NCBI GenBank assembly: GCA_010093605.1
Contig: MU004186.1
Location: forward strand, 451,765-515,764
Source of the DNA: Lophium mytilinum
Taxonomy: Eukaryota
Reading direction: 5' to 3'
DNA length: 64,000 nucleotides
A program made the position numbers and the translations under genes. Within the stretch, counting starts at the first letter, position 1; each line of letters opens with the position of its first letter. This document shows positions 38,620 to 51,761 of this stretch, one piece after another. A model generated the notes under the pieces. The model was not told the DNA's origin. It was given only the letters and a program-made list of their open reading frames with translations, and did no database searches.

Positions 38620-39656
38620 AAGCGCGATAGGGGGAACCGGTGGGAGTTGAAGAGGGCGAGCTTGGGCTCTGGCAGGCGGGATGGCAGCTGTGATGGTTCG
38701 GGCAAGCTTTGTTGAAGAGACTTGCTGTGACTATCACGAGAACGACGAAGGCAAGCGGGGGCCCGCCAAGCGTGGCTAGGATAGTGGAGGGATGACGGAA
38801 GCCCACTGAAATTTTCGCACCTCACGCAGCCTCCACATATGCACCTGAGAAAACTCTGAACACCAGCTCCAGTGAAGTATGGCCGCAGGACGCAGTGCCG
38901 GCGCTGGGGCCGATTGGGTGAATGCAATTGGCGTTTGGCATGCTCGTTGAGTGCCACCTTTCGCAGCAATCCAAGGGCCAGTGCTCGAGTCTCAGAATAG
39001 AACAAAGCCTTCACACAAAGACCCCTTTCTTTTCTAGTCAGTAACATAGTTCCATTCCTGTAATGCTGTTATCTATCCTCGATAAAGAGCGAGTGCCGCG
39101 CCGTCCTACCCTTGTGACATCCAGGAGGAGAGTTGACGCAGCTGCAGCTCGTCCACCAATCACAGTGCTCATATATGTGTGGCCCATTCACAGACAAGGG
39201 TCGTCTTCCATCTGTGTTCGTTATTGTTCTGTCGGAGAGAATATGAGAGGCGTTTCTTTGCTGAATCTAGGATCAACTGCAACTGGAAATTCAGGCTTGA
39301 ATGATTTTGAGAGCCTTATAGAAGAAAATAACGTCTCATGCCCAACTGCATTTTTCTTTGAAGGGTAATGCTGTTGGGGGTTGTATTGCTAGTTTACATG
39401 TTGTTCCGAGTGATGAGTTGCAGTTTTTTGAGAGCCCATTGAGGAACTTCAGACATTGACAGGCAAGCATACCGACCGATTGCATAAAGCAGAACTTTCA
39501 TGAGTATGTACATCCATACTTAAGTATACCAAGAGTCATCAGCTCACAAACTTCGACATCTTGAGCTTGTCACTGGCGGCAGTGGTAAGAACCCCAAAAC
39601 GATTTTGCTTTATGCATGACCTCTAGGTCGTCTCCTTCAGTCTAACACACCCATCA

Positions 39657-42052
39657 TTACACAGTCAACGTCCCCGTCAGCCTCCCATCCCTCGAACTCG
39701 CACCAACCGTGATCCCAAATTCCCCACTCGGGACCACCCAGCTAGCACCATTCCAATAGCTCAAATCCTTCCTCCTGAGCTCGAACTTCGCAGTCCCACT
39801 CGAACCAGCCGCTAGGCTTAGTTTCGCGAATCCTCTAAGCTGCTTCGGCGGGGAAGATGGAGCAGATGATGGGAGTGTAACGTAGAGTTGGGCCACTTCA
39901 GCGCCAGTGACGCTCCCGGAATTTGTGATTGTCGCGGTGACAGTCGCTACGATATCGAAAAGATCCCCAGCAGAGGTGCTCGATGCGGGTCCAGATGTTG
40001 CTGAGGAAGTGATGCTGAGAGCGGAGTAGGTGAAGTTCGTGTATGCTATTACATCTATTAGTATGAAGTCGTGAACCCCGCGATGCCGCAGACAGTGTGA
40101 AGTAGACGCCGAGAGATTCATGAACAGAGCTAGCACTTACATAGACCGAAACCGAATTCAAATCTCGGCGAAATACTGTTCTTATCAAAATGCCTGTAGT
40201 CGATATACAACCCTTCCGAGAAATTGTCATCCCCCGAGACAACTGATGTACCATAGTCCGCTACTGTTTTCGCTATTGTAAAGGGTAGCTTTCCGCTCGG
40301 GGCTGTAGAGCCGTATAGTACGTCTACGAGTCCGTTTCCACTTTCTTGCCCGGGCAGTCCTGCCCAAACCACAGCTTTGACATTGTCTAGCGCGATGATG
40401 GATTCCAGGATTATCGGCCCAACGCTATGAATCACCACGATCGTATTTGCGTTGACAGCAGCCACCGCTTTCACGAGGTCGTTGCCGCTATGCCATGGGT
40501 CGAGGTTGTTGCGGTCACCAGCATTTGTCTCCACAGTGATGTAGCCCTCACCTGAGTCGGCAGTGATGAACACAATGGCAGTGGCAGCAGCAGAAGCTGC
40601 GGAGGCACCCGCGGTGGTGGAGTCGGTGGTCGACGTCGATAGAGTCGTGCCATCGGCTGACGCTTGCGTTTTGATAGCGTCGAGGGGCGCCACGAGGTAA
40701 GGAAACTCTGCAGTTCCTGAGCCCCAGCCCATCGCAAGAGTTCCGGTATTGCACTGACGATCAGCACAAGAATTGATGCCGTTGGGATTCTGAATGGCGT
40801 CGGAGCCAATGATGGCCAGACTGGCTGGTTTCTTCAATGGAAGCGCATTGTTGGTGTTCTTCAGCAGGACAATCCCATCTCTAGCAATTGCCCTTGCGAC
40901 AGTTTTGTGTGTGCCTTGGACGTCGTGTGTTCCAATGTTCCATGAATCGAACGAAGCGGTTGGATATCCGCTATCCTGTCCTAAGAGGTACCATGCTGCG
41001 AGAATCCTCTTCACCATGTCATCGACACGGGATTGAGAGACTTGGTTGCTGCTGATAGCACTTGTGAGTGCGGGTCCCCAGAGCACATTACCTTTGTTGA
41101 AGTCAGATCCTGGCATCGTCATGTCCATACCACTGTTTGCGCTTCCTGCAGTCGTATGCTGTGCATTCCAATCCGACATAACATAACCTTGGAACCCAAG
41201 CTCGCCTTTCAGGATCCCATTCAGCAGCTTGTCATTCTCACACGCGAAGGTGCTATTGACTTTGTTGTAGGAGCACATGAAGGACGCAACTTTGGCTTGG
41301 ACAGCGTCCGCGAATGGCCAGAGATACAGCTCATGCATCGTTCGGTCGTCAATGTTTGAGCTCATGGTCTCCCGATTGTGCTCTTGCTCGTTCCCAATGA
41401 AGTGCTTTGCGCAAGCTTGGACGCCTGCACCTTGCATGCCGGTGATGGTTTGTTGCATAGCGATGCCGGTCAAATACGGATCTGGTGAGAAGCCCTCCCA
41501 GTTTCGGCCGCCTTGCGGAATCTTCCCCAGGGGTCCCGCCACCGGTCCGAGTTGTACATGAATCCCTAATGCCTTTGCTTCTTCGCCGAGGGCGGCACCA
41601 CGCTGGTTCATAAGAGCTGTATCCCAAGTAGCTGCTGCTTGGATTCCGGCCGGTAAGGCGGTAACGCCGTCCACATAACGCACCCCTAGAGGGCCATCCT
41701 GGAGGCACAGAGATGGGTAGTTGATCGAGCTGACGGCTGCCGTGTTTCCCACGCATTTGCCGCCTTGCCACCCGACGCCAGTGACGATGTTGATCTTGTC
41801 GGAAGAGGAGAGTTTAGCAAGGGCGGCGGTGGCTTTGCTGTACGCTGATTCCCAGTCGCCGACCGTACGCTTGGTTTCATGGACTGCAAAACAACGTCAA
41901 TATTTTCCCCTTTTATGGAGAGGCGGGATTTGAACAGCTAGTAGGTTCATGAAGTTCTAAGAAAAGTGCCGAAACCTAAGATTGATATACTTACAAGGTG
42001 AGCTAGTTACTAAGGTAGCAACTGCCAATGCTTGAAGAAGGTAGGCCCGCAT
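39657..42052 (-). CDS. Secreted GH3 beta-glucosidase (BglL/Cel3A-like), 2 introns
   Basis: Signal peptide MRAYLLQALAVATLV and a KR processing site; LCLQDGPLGVR, GGRNWEGF, ACAKHFIGNEQE; nucleophile in VMSDW; acid/base in DSGEGY; FnIII-like C-terminus. Confidence 0.95.
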
Positions 42053-44581
42053 CTTGAAGCCACTTTTAGACCAGCGTACCATGATATGCTGAGGAGGTTT
42101 CAATCCCACAATTCAAATGGGCGTGCACCCTATTTAGCATATTGTTGAAGTCTCGGCTCGGAGCGATCAATAACGTCAATGCAAGTAGATGAGAGTTATA
42201 TTCCAGGGGGAAGATTCTTAAGACCATGCAAGCATTAGTGGTAGAACCATCCCAGCAAATGATCACATAAGTTCGGGATATGGTGCTTTGTATATATTGC
42301 CGGGATGGAGTACGGCCCGGAGCTCCATGCGCTGCGGATCCTAGGCAGGGGCGTGTCCCCCTTGTTTCCAATGAAACTCTACAAAGACAAAGTCACGAGC
42401 TTCATGACGGACGGTTCTTCCTTGGTTAGTGTAGGACGGTTTGATTTCCTTATCGAAGCTTGGCGAAACTGGGCTTTGGGTAAAACATACTGAATGACCA
42501 CTTTCCAAATTATTACAATACCTTGTCATAGACATCCGTACGTTCGTTCACAGCTGCTTGATGAGCCTGATAGTATTCTAGGCGTTCCGGATAAGAGAGA
42601 AGTACGGCATTTTGGACAGCTAATAAACCCATGAAGCTACTCCAGAAAGTGCCAGCATGATGTATGCAGATTGAAAGGGCATGTCCTGCCCCCAGATTAT
42701 AGGACGTGGGAGCCCCATAGATAGTAGGAGGGAAGCGTACGAGTATCAATGACAAGGCACTGTAGTGCCTTGAAGGATGAAGGTGAACAGAAGGAACAGC
42801 GGAGGACATACTTTTGGGAGGATGATTGGACGTTTTCGGTTTTCTACGTTAGCGATAGAGCAAGAAAGAGTTTCTCTTCCATTTTGCTCAAAGTGGTCCA
42901 TGTTCGCTCTGCCAACTCAAGATATCGATTTGGAGAAGCGACCACACTTACGTGGGTCCATTATCCGCAGAAGGCCATGTTTCAAATGCATCACATTCAA
43001 CTACATCAGATATAGACTCAGTGAATAATTACCGCTAGTTATACGATCAAACGTTGTGAAGGAAGGCGATAGGGTAATATTGCGCTCGTCTAAGTAGTGG
43101 TGCATTTAGCGATTGAAGTATTTAGTAGTTTGGGGGCAGCACAAACCTTTGATAGTTCTAACGGCTTTTGAAAAAGAGTCAACTTGGCAACTGGTTGCGC
43201 ATTTCTATACGCTTCTCTAAAACTGGGCTAGACCATAGTCATACGCTGCCGGGCGATGTCCTAGTATCGCTAGAATCCTCAGGTGGTAGTTCGGCTCAAT
43301 GCGAGAGCCAACTTGCGGATCAAGCGAGCGACTGAAGAGGTGGGTTACTAGCGGAACTTCTATTTGGCATCAGACGCTTCATGGTTGCATAGGTCGGGTA
43401 AGATGAGCGGCAGTCAAATGAAAAAGCAATCAATACCACATCTGGGGCCAGAGGCTGTTATATTGATGATGGTGAGGAAGCCAAATAATGAACGGAGAGA
43501 GGAAGGATACACACTAGATGCTGAGTAAGCCTGCGAGAGAGGGAGGGGCCCGACAACGTACTAGTTTGTAGCTACCAGCAGAACAGTCCGAGCTTGTTTA
43601 TGCAAAGGAAGGGCCGGTCAGAGTCAGGTCTCCAAATAGCTACATGCTCGAGATCTTTTGATGCAGGTATTCTACTGCAAGACGGTTTGGCCGCGTCACA
43701 TGGAACCGAGAAATAATAGACTTATGAGAGCTATGGCACTGTGGACATCCCCTACATTTCTTTTCGGTCTCTTTTCTGCTGCCCTTTGCAGCTTGTGCAT
43801 CAATGTTCGAGGTTGGAATACCTCTACTCTATCTTCTCTTGAGTCTCATTTGCTTCATGTTCACTTGCTTTCTTCTGTCTTTATCACTGATTCTTGCAAA
43901 CAGCAAGAGGAAAGAAAGACGTGGCAGCTTTTGCGGCGACTTGTCGGAAAAAGAGCAAGAGAGTAGGCCGTGAGGGGTGCTCCGGTCAATACCCTTCTCA
44001 TCTGGGTTGTGACAGATTGCCTTATCAGCCCGGCGTCCTCGCAAAACACAGAGCATTCGAAATATTTTGGCGGACGTGTGTGTGAATAGTCGATAAAGTC
44101 AATCATCCCCCGACCATGCTTCTGGAAGTTGCAAATTCATAAGGTCGGAACAAGCCGTCCATCCACTTCAGCCTTGAGACGTCATCCCCATCGAGACAAT
44201 GGTGTGGAGTCATGAACGCAGTCGGTAGTAATTGGCTGTATTCTCGTAAGTATTCTGGTTGCCTCAAAATTGAAACCAATGAGGTTGGACGTGGCGTTCG
44301 TAGGTTTACACGATTGTTAATACACTCTTGCATTGTATCGCTCGTTGGAATATTCTTGTCTGGTGATGGTTATTTGCTTGCTTGTCCAGATAGCTGGACA
44401 TGCGGTATTGCTACAGGTAACACACCAATCATGATGATGTCAAGAGGGGTATTTCCGCTACCTCCGGGGGTGCTGACTTTTTTTTTAACATATTGAACCT
44501 AAAGCCAGCCAAAAACTCTTCAAAAGCAGATATACACTCTTAAGCCCTTCAATTCCTCAATCCATCCAATCATCTCCCACA

Positions 44582-45560
44582 ATGCCCCCTTCCGGTCTCG
44601 CAATCCTCATCGGCGCCGGGCCCAATACTGTACCCCCCCTCCCCTCCCTCCATTCTTTACCTAGTAAAAACTAACCCCATCCCCCAAGGGCGCCGGCATC
44701 GCACGCATCCTCTCCCACCCTTCCCACGGCAACCTCGCCGTCGCCCTCCTCGCCCGCCGCCCCGAACCACTGCACGACCTCTGCGCCTCCCTGCGCAAAT
44801 CCTCCCCGAACGCCGTCCTCGAAGCGTTCCCCACCGACACGTCGCCAGCCTCCCTAAAGAAAGCATTCGCGGACATCAAAGCCCATGACAGCTTCAAGGG
44901 GCTGAAACTGCAGATGGCGGTGTACAGCGTCAAGCACAGCAGCCGCAAGCCGTTCATGGACGAGACGTATGACGTGAGTACTCCCCCCAAACCGCAACTA
45001 GGAAACCTCAGATCTCGGAGGCGTTGGTTAAGCATCCACTAATCGCGCGGGCGGACAGGAGTTCACAGAGTCCCTAGAGACATATGTCGGCGGCGCCTTC
45101 ACGTTCGCGCAAGAGTCGCTGAAGCGCTTTTTCGCGGATCATGGGGAGACGCCGCTCTCCGAAGGCGCGGAGAAGAAGGGAGTGAGTAATCTACTTGACC
45201 GCCTCTACTACTCCAAACATTTTAGGTATCCAGAAACTAACGAGTTGATATCAGACGCTCATCTTCACCGGCACGCTAGGCGCGCTCCGCTGCAGCGCGC
45301 AATACGCCGCGTATGGCGCGGGGCGGGCGTCGGTGCGGCAGCTGGCGCAGACGCTGGCGCGGGAGATGAGTGAGAAGGGGGTGCATGTTGTGCATACGAT
45401 TGCGAACGGGGCGATAGCGGATGAGGAGGGGCCGGATCAGAAGAGTGGGAGGAAGATGAGTGCCGAGGCGGTGGGGGAGACGTATTTATGGTTGCATAAG
45501 CAGCAGCCGTGCTTGTGGACGCATGAGTTGGATATGAGGCCTGCTTGCGAGAAGTTTTAG
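44582..45560 (+). CDS. Short-chain dehydrogenase/reductase, 3 introns
   Basis: ILIGAGPNT|GAGIAR, VALLARR, TLIFTGT, YAAYGAGRASVRQLAQTLARE, QPCLWTHELDMRP. Confidence 0.88.
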
Positions 45561-46148
45561 GATGGGTTATAGGGAGGGGTACTGGGGGCCTTATAGGGGG
45601 GTGGGGTGATGTTTGAGTCGTTGAGGGATTAGGCGAGAAGGATGCTAGAAGTGTCGCGTGAGAGAAGGGAGGTTTGAATAACAGCTTATTTGAAACCTTT
45701 TCAAAAGTGTTTCTGCCCTACTAGGAAATGGTGTGGCTGTCAATAGTATAGGCCGCGAGCTTACTCTACTTCCGTCGAAAGTAGTAATGATATGATGATA
45801 AAGTAACTAACAACGCCAGATTTGGAATTTTTAATGGACGCACACAAGCCCTCATATAGTTCCCTTTATCAACGTAATTATGGAGAATAGGCTCCTGAAG
45901 CGCCAATAACAAGGTCCACCCTAATTGTCTAGCTACCGCATCCATCGCCTAATCTGACTAAGCCCTAGTCCCACAAGTACCAATGCTCCTGTCTCAACCA
46001 GTAATACTTCGAGATTATACGCCAGCTTATAAGTAATACGCTACATTATCTACTTCTTATATGCCACTCTCCCCGCTACTTTACTTTCCCTATTGTCCCA
46101 ATTATATTTCACTCATAATTTCATCCAATCTCCGTCAATACACCGAAA

Positions 46149-47773
46149 ATGGAAACCATAACGTCCCTCCTCCTCCCCAGCGAGCTCTTCCTCCCCTCTG
46201 ACCCCCTCTACCACTCTCTCTCTCGTGTCTGGTCTGCCCAGAAAGAGCTCTTCCCCCGCGTCGTCGCCCGCCCCGCGACCCTCGCCTCCCTCTCCCGCCT
46301 CCTCGCAGCTCTCAACGAGACAGAACTCGATTTCGCCATTCGCGGCGGCGGCTGCGGTTCCGCGTCCGCCACGGATGTTCTTATCAACTTAGAAGCCTTC
46401 TCCGATTTCAAGTTCGACAAAGAGACCGAAACAGTGATCCTAGGGGCGGGGCAAGTATGGAGCAGTGTGGATCGCAAGATGGAAGAGGAAGCCAAAGGTT
46501 ATGCCGGTACGAGATCTCTCTGTGTCGTGCTCCTAGTTCCTCGTACTAAACAAGACGCGTAGTCGTTAGTGCTCGAACCGGGTGTGTTGGTGTTGGTGGG
46601 AGCATACTCCAGGGCGGTGCGGTTTCTTGGATCTCGTCCGAATACGGGATGGGATCTGACCCGCATAACATGCTGGACGCGCAGATTGTGAAAATGGATG
46701 GGACAGTCCTGTGGGCGTCTGAAGAGGCGGAGCTGCTATGGGCGCTGCGAGGCGGTGGTGGGAACTTTGGAGGTGAGTGGAATTCGCTATGTTCGTCATT
46801 CTAGACATAAACGCTGATTTGTTGATGAAAAAGCGGTTACGGCGTTCAAGCTTAGGGCGTATAAGTATCCATCCGAGATTTATAGCGGCATGATCATGTA
46901 CTCTCGCTCCGCTCTGCCTGCTCTTGCAAAAGGTGTTGCTGCGTTTGCGGACCGGTGCCACGATGCCAAGATGGCGATGCACTTCTTCTGTCTTGACCTG
47001 ACGCAGGGTGCGTTTACTGGACAGCCATCGCAGCCGGGGGTCGCGCTTCTTGTGTATGATGCGCATGGCGAAGAGCATGGCCGGAGCGAGGCGGGTTTCA
47101 AGTGGGCACTGGAGATCGAAGGCGCGACTGATACGACGAAATTGATGAGCTTGCGGGAGATCAGTCAGACGGGTGGTGAGCTTGAACTGCAACAGGATAA
47201 TATTGTGCGAAACGTACTGACTGAAGCAACACAGACAATCTCGACGCACTGAGGGGACTCACGAACCAGATGATGACTGCCATTACGATCCCTGAACTTG
47301 ACGAAGCAATGATATATAGGACGTGGAATTGGTTTGATGAATTGTTGGCGGCGGAACCAGCGCTCAGTGCTGGGACGTTCGTTTTGGTAGAGCTCATGCA
47401 GAGGGTATGAATTCTCTCTCTGCTCTTTTTTCAATGACCGAGACTGACAATAGCACAGCCGGCTTTCAACTCGAACAAATCCGGAGAAGACACCGCATGG
47501 CCTCGTCCGAGTAATCGTCATATCATGCAACTAGGGTGCGGCGGTCTGAAAAGCTGCTCGCCAAACGTCCATGCGAAAGCCGTGAAAGGACTTGCAGACG
47601 CGCAAACCACAATCTGCCCGGAGAGTAAAGCTTCAGATGTGATGCCAAGAGACTTCGAAGTGTTCCACGACCCCAAAGCCATGTTTGGCGCGAATTGGGA
47701 GAAGTTGGTCAAAGTAAAGAAAGCGGTGGATCCGAAAGGAAGACTGAGAGGGGCATTTGAAATTCCAACATAA
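46149..47773 (+). CDS. FAD-binding PCMH/BBE-type oxidoreductase, 4 introns
   Basis: PRVVARP, FAIRGGGC, ILGAGQVW, VGVGGSILQGG, ELLWALRGGGGNFG, C-terminal FGANWEKLVKVKKAVDP. Confidence 0.88.
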
Positions 47774-47850
47774 GCATGGTATAGCAGATAGATATCCAAT
47801 AAATGGAATGAGACGAGGCACCGTCAACCGTAAAAGATGTCCTGTGCCGC

Positions 47851-48481
47851 TCAACTCTTAGCCTTCTTCGACGAACCCTCTTGTGCCTCTTGTGCATCGT
47901 CCGCACTCCGCTTCGCACTCTGTCTAGCACTCTTCCGCGTACCCTCCGCTTTCGGTTTCTCCTTCGCTGCAGTCTTCTTCCCGGCCTCAGTTTTCTTAGC
48001 CGCATTCGACTTCGAACCGCTCTTCTTCGCAGCAGAATTCGCTTTCGGCTTCTCCTTAGGCGTTGCGTTTTCCTTCCCTCCCTCTTCCTCACTTTTCTCA
48101 GCACCCTCGTCCGCCTTGCCCTTCTTCAGCTCGGCATCCTTCTTCTTATCAGTCTTGTGCTGTGGCGCGCCTGACTTCGGTTCATTCTTCGAGCCAGCTT
48201 CGTTCTCGTAGCTGCCGCCTTTCTTCTCGTATTCTTTGGAGAGCTTTGCAGCCTTGATGGCATGTCAGACCAGTCAAGTCGGATAGGTCAGATGATATAT
48301 GTACTTTCCACGCGCTCCACTGCCCCTTCCCACCGCCATCTTTGTTGGTTTCATTCTTGACGTCTGCAATTATTTAGCGGTTGCACTCATAGTGGAAGCT
48401 CAGGCATCGCGCGATTGACGTACCGTTCTTCACCTTCTCGCGCAGTTGCGGATCGGTGGGCTTTCCTTTGCTTGAAGGCAT
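47851..48481 (-). CDS. Small Lys/Glu-rich protein with a DUF5872-like N-terminal motif, 2 introns
   Basis: Rebuilt MPSSKGKPTDPQLREKVKN|DVKNETNKDGGGKGQWSAWK|AAKLSKEYEKKGGSYENE, then a disordered charged tail ending SSKKAKS*. Family assignment is from my recall of the GQWSAxK motif. Confidence 0.75.
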
Positions 48482-49514
48482 ATTACAGTGCTGTGAATTG
48501 GGCTGTTGGGAGTGTGGTCAGATAGTTCGAAGTGGAATTGGCTTGTTTGAGGTTGAGGGATGTGGACGAGGGTACAAGAGGGGAGAGTCAATATCATCAT
48601 GACATCACGACTCCGAAAACACGCTATCACGTGATATGGTCTTGAATGGGTACTGTGGAATGCTGAGTGATTGTTTGGCTGCTTGATTGAAAGAGGGTTT
48701 TAATGTACAATGGCCGTTTGGCTCGGGCTCTAGGTATCGAGGAATTCGTCGGTACGCTTAGTGCTTCGCTAATGCAACTGAAAGCACGAGTGCTAGTAGG
48801 GTGAACTCTACGGAGTAGTCTTAGGTTACATGAAACAGTCAAGTTGTCATAGCCGCCTGAAGTGTCGGATAAGACGGAACTGTGGTGGAACATGTCCATC
48901 AGAGAGCCCTGGAGAAGCTATATGATTGCCTGTGCGGAGACCATACCTGTCGGCGCGGAATCGTTACCGCAGCACCAAGTGCTCGGAACTAAACGACTAC
49001 ACTTGCTAGCGGCCCCATGCCCAGTTACACGTGGCGGACCTGAGCAACGGCTGACGATGCTATTCGCCGAGCGCGGCGTTCAGAAAACGTGATGCTACTT
49101 CATGTTGCACCGGGCAGTACCGTCGTGTCGGGATCCAAAACAGTCCAATCGATCTACCACGACAGCTAGACCACGAGAACATGACGGAGCAGGGAGATAA
49201 GACGCCTGTCACCGATCGTCAGCATCCGCGTGCTGTTTTTCACCGCGCAGGCCCCGGCATGGAATGGTCCCACTTGTCTAGCGCTCCGAAACGAGAATAT
49301 TTGCACACGTGCATGCTCGTTGTTACTGCCAGAACTAGTAATTTACATCAATTTGAAGGTTCCGTAGGGATAGGCCGTGTATCGTTGGCCGTACAATATG
49401 TTTCATGTAAAAGAGGGAACTAGCCTCCATTGAGAAATCCGAGAAGTGTGGTTGAATGTGCTGCTAAATGATGCCTCCTTGGGCAGTCATGCATATTTTC
49501 GGAAGCGGATAATA

Positions 49515-50529
49515 TCAGCATTCCGGGCCTATGAAGCGGTTCCAAGCTCGCCAAAATGCCCACGGGGTCTTTTGAGTTCCAGCGGTCTTTTGGAGAGTCG
49601 AGATTGCGGCGGTTGGGATTGTTCCGATGGGTTGACGTATCCCGATCCAGAGTTCGATGGCTTCAATCTGGTCGGGCTGCTTGCCGCTGCCCAATGAAAC
49701 GACACTATCACGTGGTAGTTGATACGCGTCGATCTGGACCCGCTCTTGCTCCATGAAACCCGCTTTGGCGAACACAGGAACTCCCATTTTGGCGGCGGAT
49801 ACGCCCACCGAGACGCCCTCAATATCAGCAAGGGATGTGCACCACTTGGTAAGGTTCGAGCCATGTCCACGACGCCAATAGGCTGGATGGACTGCCAACG
49901 TAGCCAGCTTCATGCGATGGGCCAGGTATCTGCGTGAAGTGAAAGCGTAAGTGATTGCTGTGGAGAGTGACGTGGGTTCCATTTACTTAGCCTTAGCAGG
50001 AGCGGTAGCTTTTGAGTATAGTTCACCGCCTCTTGAACATTGGTCCCGTTGCAGTGGAGCCTCACTGGAATTTTTCGGCAAAAGATCTGAGACATCTGAG
50101 GTCAGAGCTGCGCTAAGCGGAAATGCACGACAAAAGAAACGATCACTTGCCTGTAGGTTGCAAGCGGCCAGACCAGATTGAGCCGGGCGCAAGGCTGATG
50201 CTCGAAACTCCAGTGATAACAGTCTTGCCGGGTGTGAGTGGGCATGTTGACAAAGTGATGTCGTGCAATGCACCGTAGGCCTTTTGCAGCTCCTGAGGGT
50301 CTTGGGCTTCCTCAGCTACGAGGACTACGGTGTTGGGGTCGTGAATGGCGGCTTCGTACTCGAAAAGATAGCTGGCTACTGTGTCTTCAGGATAGGCCTC
50401 ATGGTGAGGCCTTTGGTACTGGAACACGGGGGAATAGAAGAATCCAGCGGCGGCAACGATGGCTATTCGGGGCAAGTCATCAAGAGTCGCGAGTCTCACT
50501 TTGTCGAGCTGCGGAGCTGTGTAGTCCAT
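49515..50529 (-). CDS. GNAT family N-acetyltransferase, 2 introns (first one GC-AG)
   Basis: VRLATLDDLPRIAIVAAAGF; acetyl-CoA motif A LATLAVHPAYWRRGHGS; VSAAKMGVPVFAKAGF. Confidence 0.88.
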
Positions 50530-51761
50530 TTGGAAGTTTGAAGGGTGATGGTGCGGCGGGGGAGATGTGGTCGGTTTGTTTGCACGGCGCGGTCACCTAT
50601 TTACTGAAGACGAGTGTTCTGAAGCCCAAGTCACTATCTGTGGCCCAGGACCGTCGATTGGCATACCTTCTCACACTGAGTTGGCAGCTTCGGAGTGGGT
50701 GAAGGGCAATGCCAGCATAGTCACTGCCAATTGGAGGAGAAGGGCACAAGTCGCAGACGGAGGAGAAGGAGGAAGATAAGTATGGATATAGAGATTACTT
50801 ATAGCGGCGATGACCTACAATCGGCACCCGTCCACTGCTCTCGGATAGATAATGCAGCGGGCCGCAGAGACATCTGCTTTTTGGAGGGAAGGTTCCGCGC
50901 CCAGGGGAGGGCAAGACATATCCCATTCAGCGAGCGTAGCCGGGCACGTTTGGGCAGCGCTCGATTGGCTTCGCCGGACGGGCTGGTATCTATCGCGCTG
51001 CAGATGACTCGCATGAGACATGGTCGCTCGGTGCTACAAGCTACAAGGAGTCGGCGCGCTGGAAGATGCGTCGTCGACGAGGTTTGAGGCCGATCGGTGA
51101 AAGACGCCCTCAACCCGGCTACGGAGACAGCTGGGAGCCCTGGCGCCCCTGCATACCTTGGGCGCTGGCTTCACTGAGGGCGCTGCAGTACGGAGGGCAG
51201 CCATGGCGTCGCGCTGGCGCAGGGCGCGACACGCAGAGGGCGCCAGACGGGGCTGACATGGGACTCGCAAATGGGCACGTTGTGTGGTTGCAAGAAGATG
51301 CCGTTCGTACCCCTCAAGGAATCCCCCAAGGACCCCCACGCGGAGACGCCCACAACTCCGTGGGCGACGGCGAAGGGCTCACCGCCTGCCCAGGTGACCC
51401 AGGGGGCGCCGCCAGAGCGACGACAGGCGAGGAAGAGCGACGAAGAACGACGACAGCGTCCCCGAAGCCCTGCTGCTATCCGTGTTAGGCTCAGAGCGCC
51501 CTAGGACAGCGTCGTGCAACCACTGCCCACAAAGCGCCGCAGAGCCGCATCCCATCCCGAGCATCAAGCATCACCATCACGAAGTTGACCCGCCCGGCCT
51601 CAGCGCTGACGGAAGCCCCGACGCACCACCCGCCGTAGCAGAGCCACAGAGCATGCCTATTCAGACTTTTCACCGGCTATACAGGACGCTTCCAACGCTA
51701 GGAGCACTCTGAGCATCCTCCTGCCCCACCGCTCACCCATCTTTCGACCGCTTCGACCGCC

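Noticed and set aside
42305..43600. Possible decayed gene fragments upstream of the GH3 gene
   Set aside because: The short ORFs look vaguely protein-like, but I cannot assign a family or a consistent frame.
51653..51712. 19-codon uORF before the Zn2Cys6 gene
   Set aside because: The transcription start and the true start codon are unknown, so nothing supports a function.
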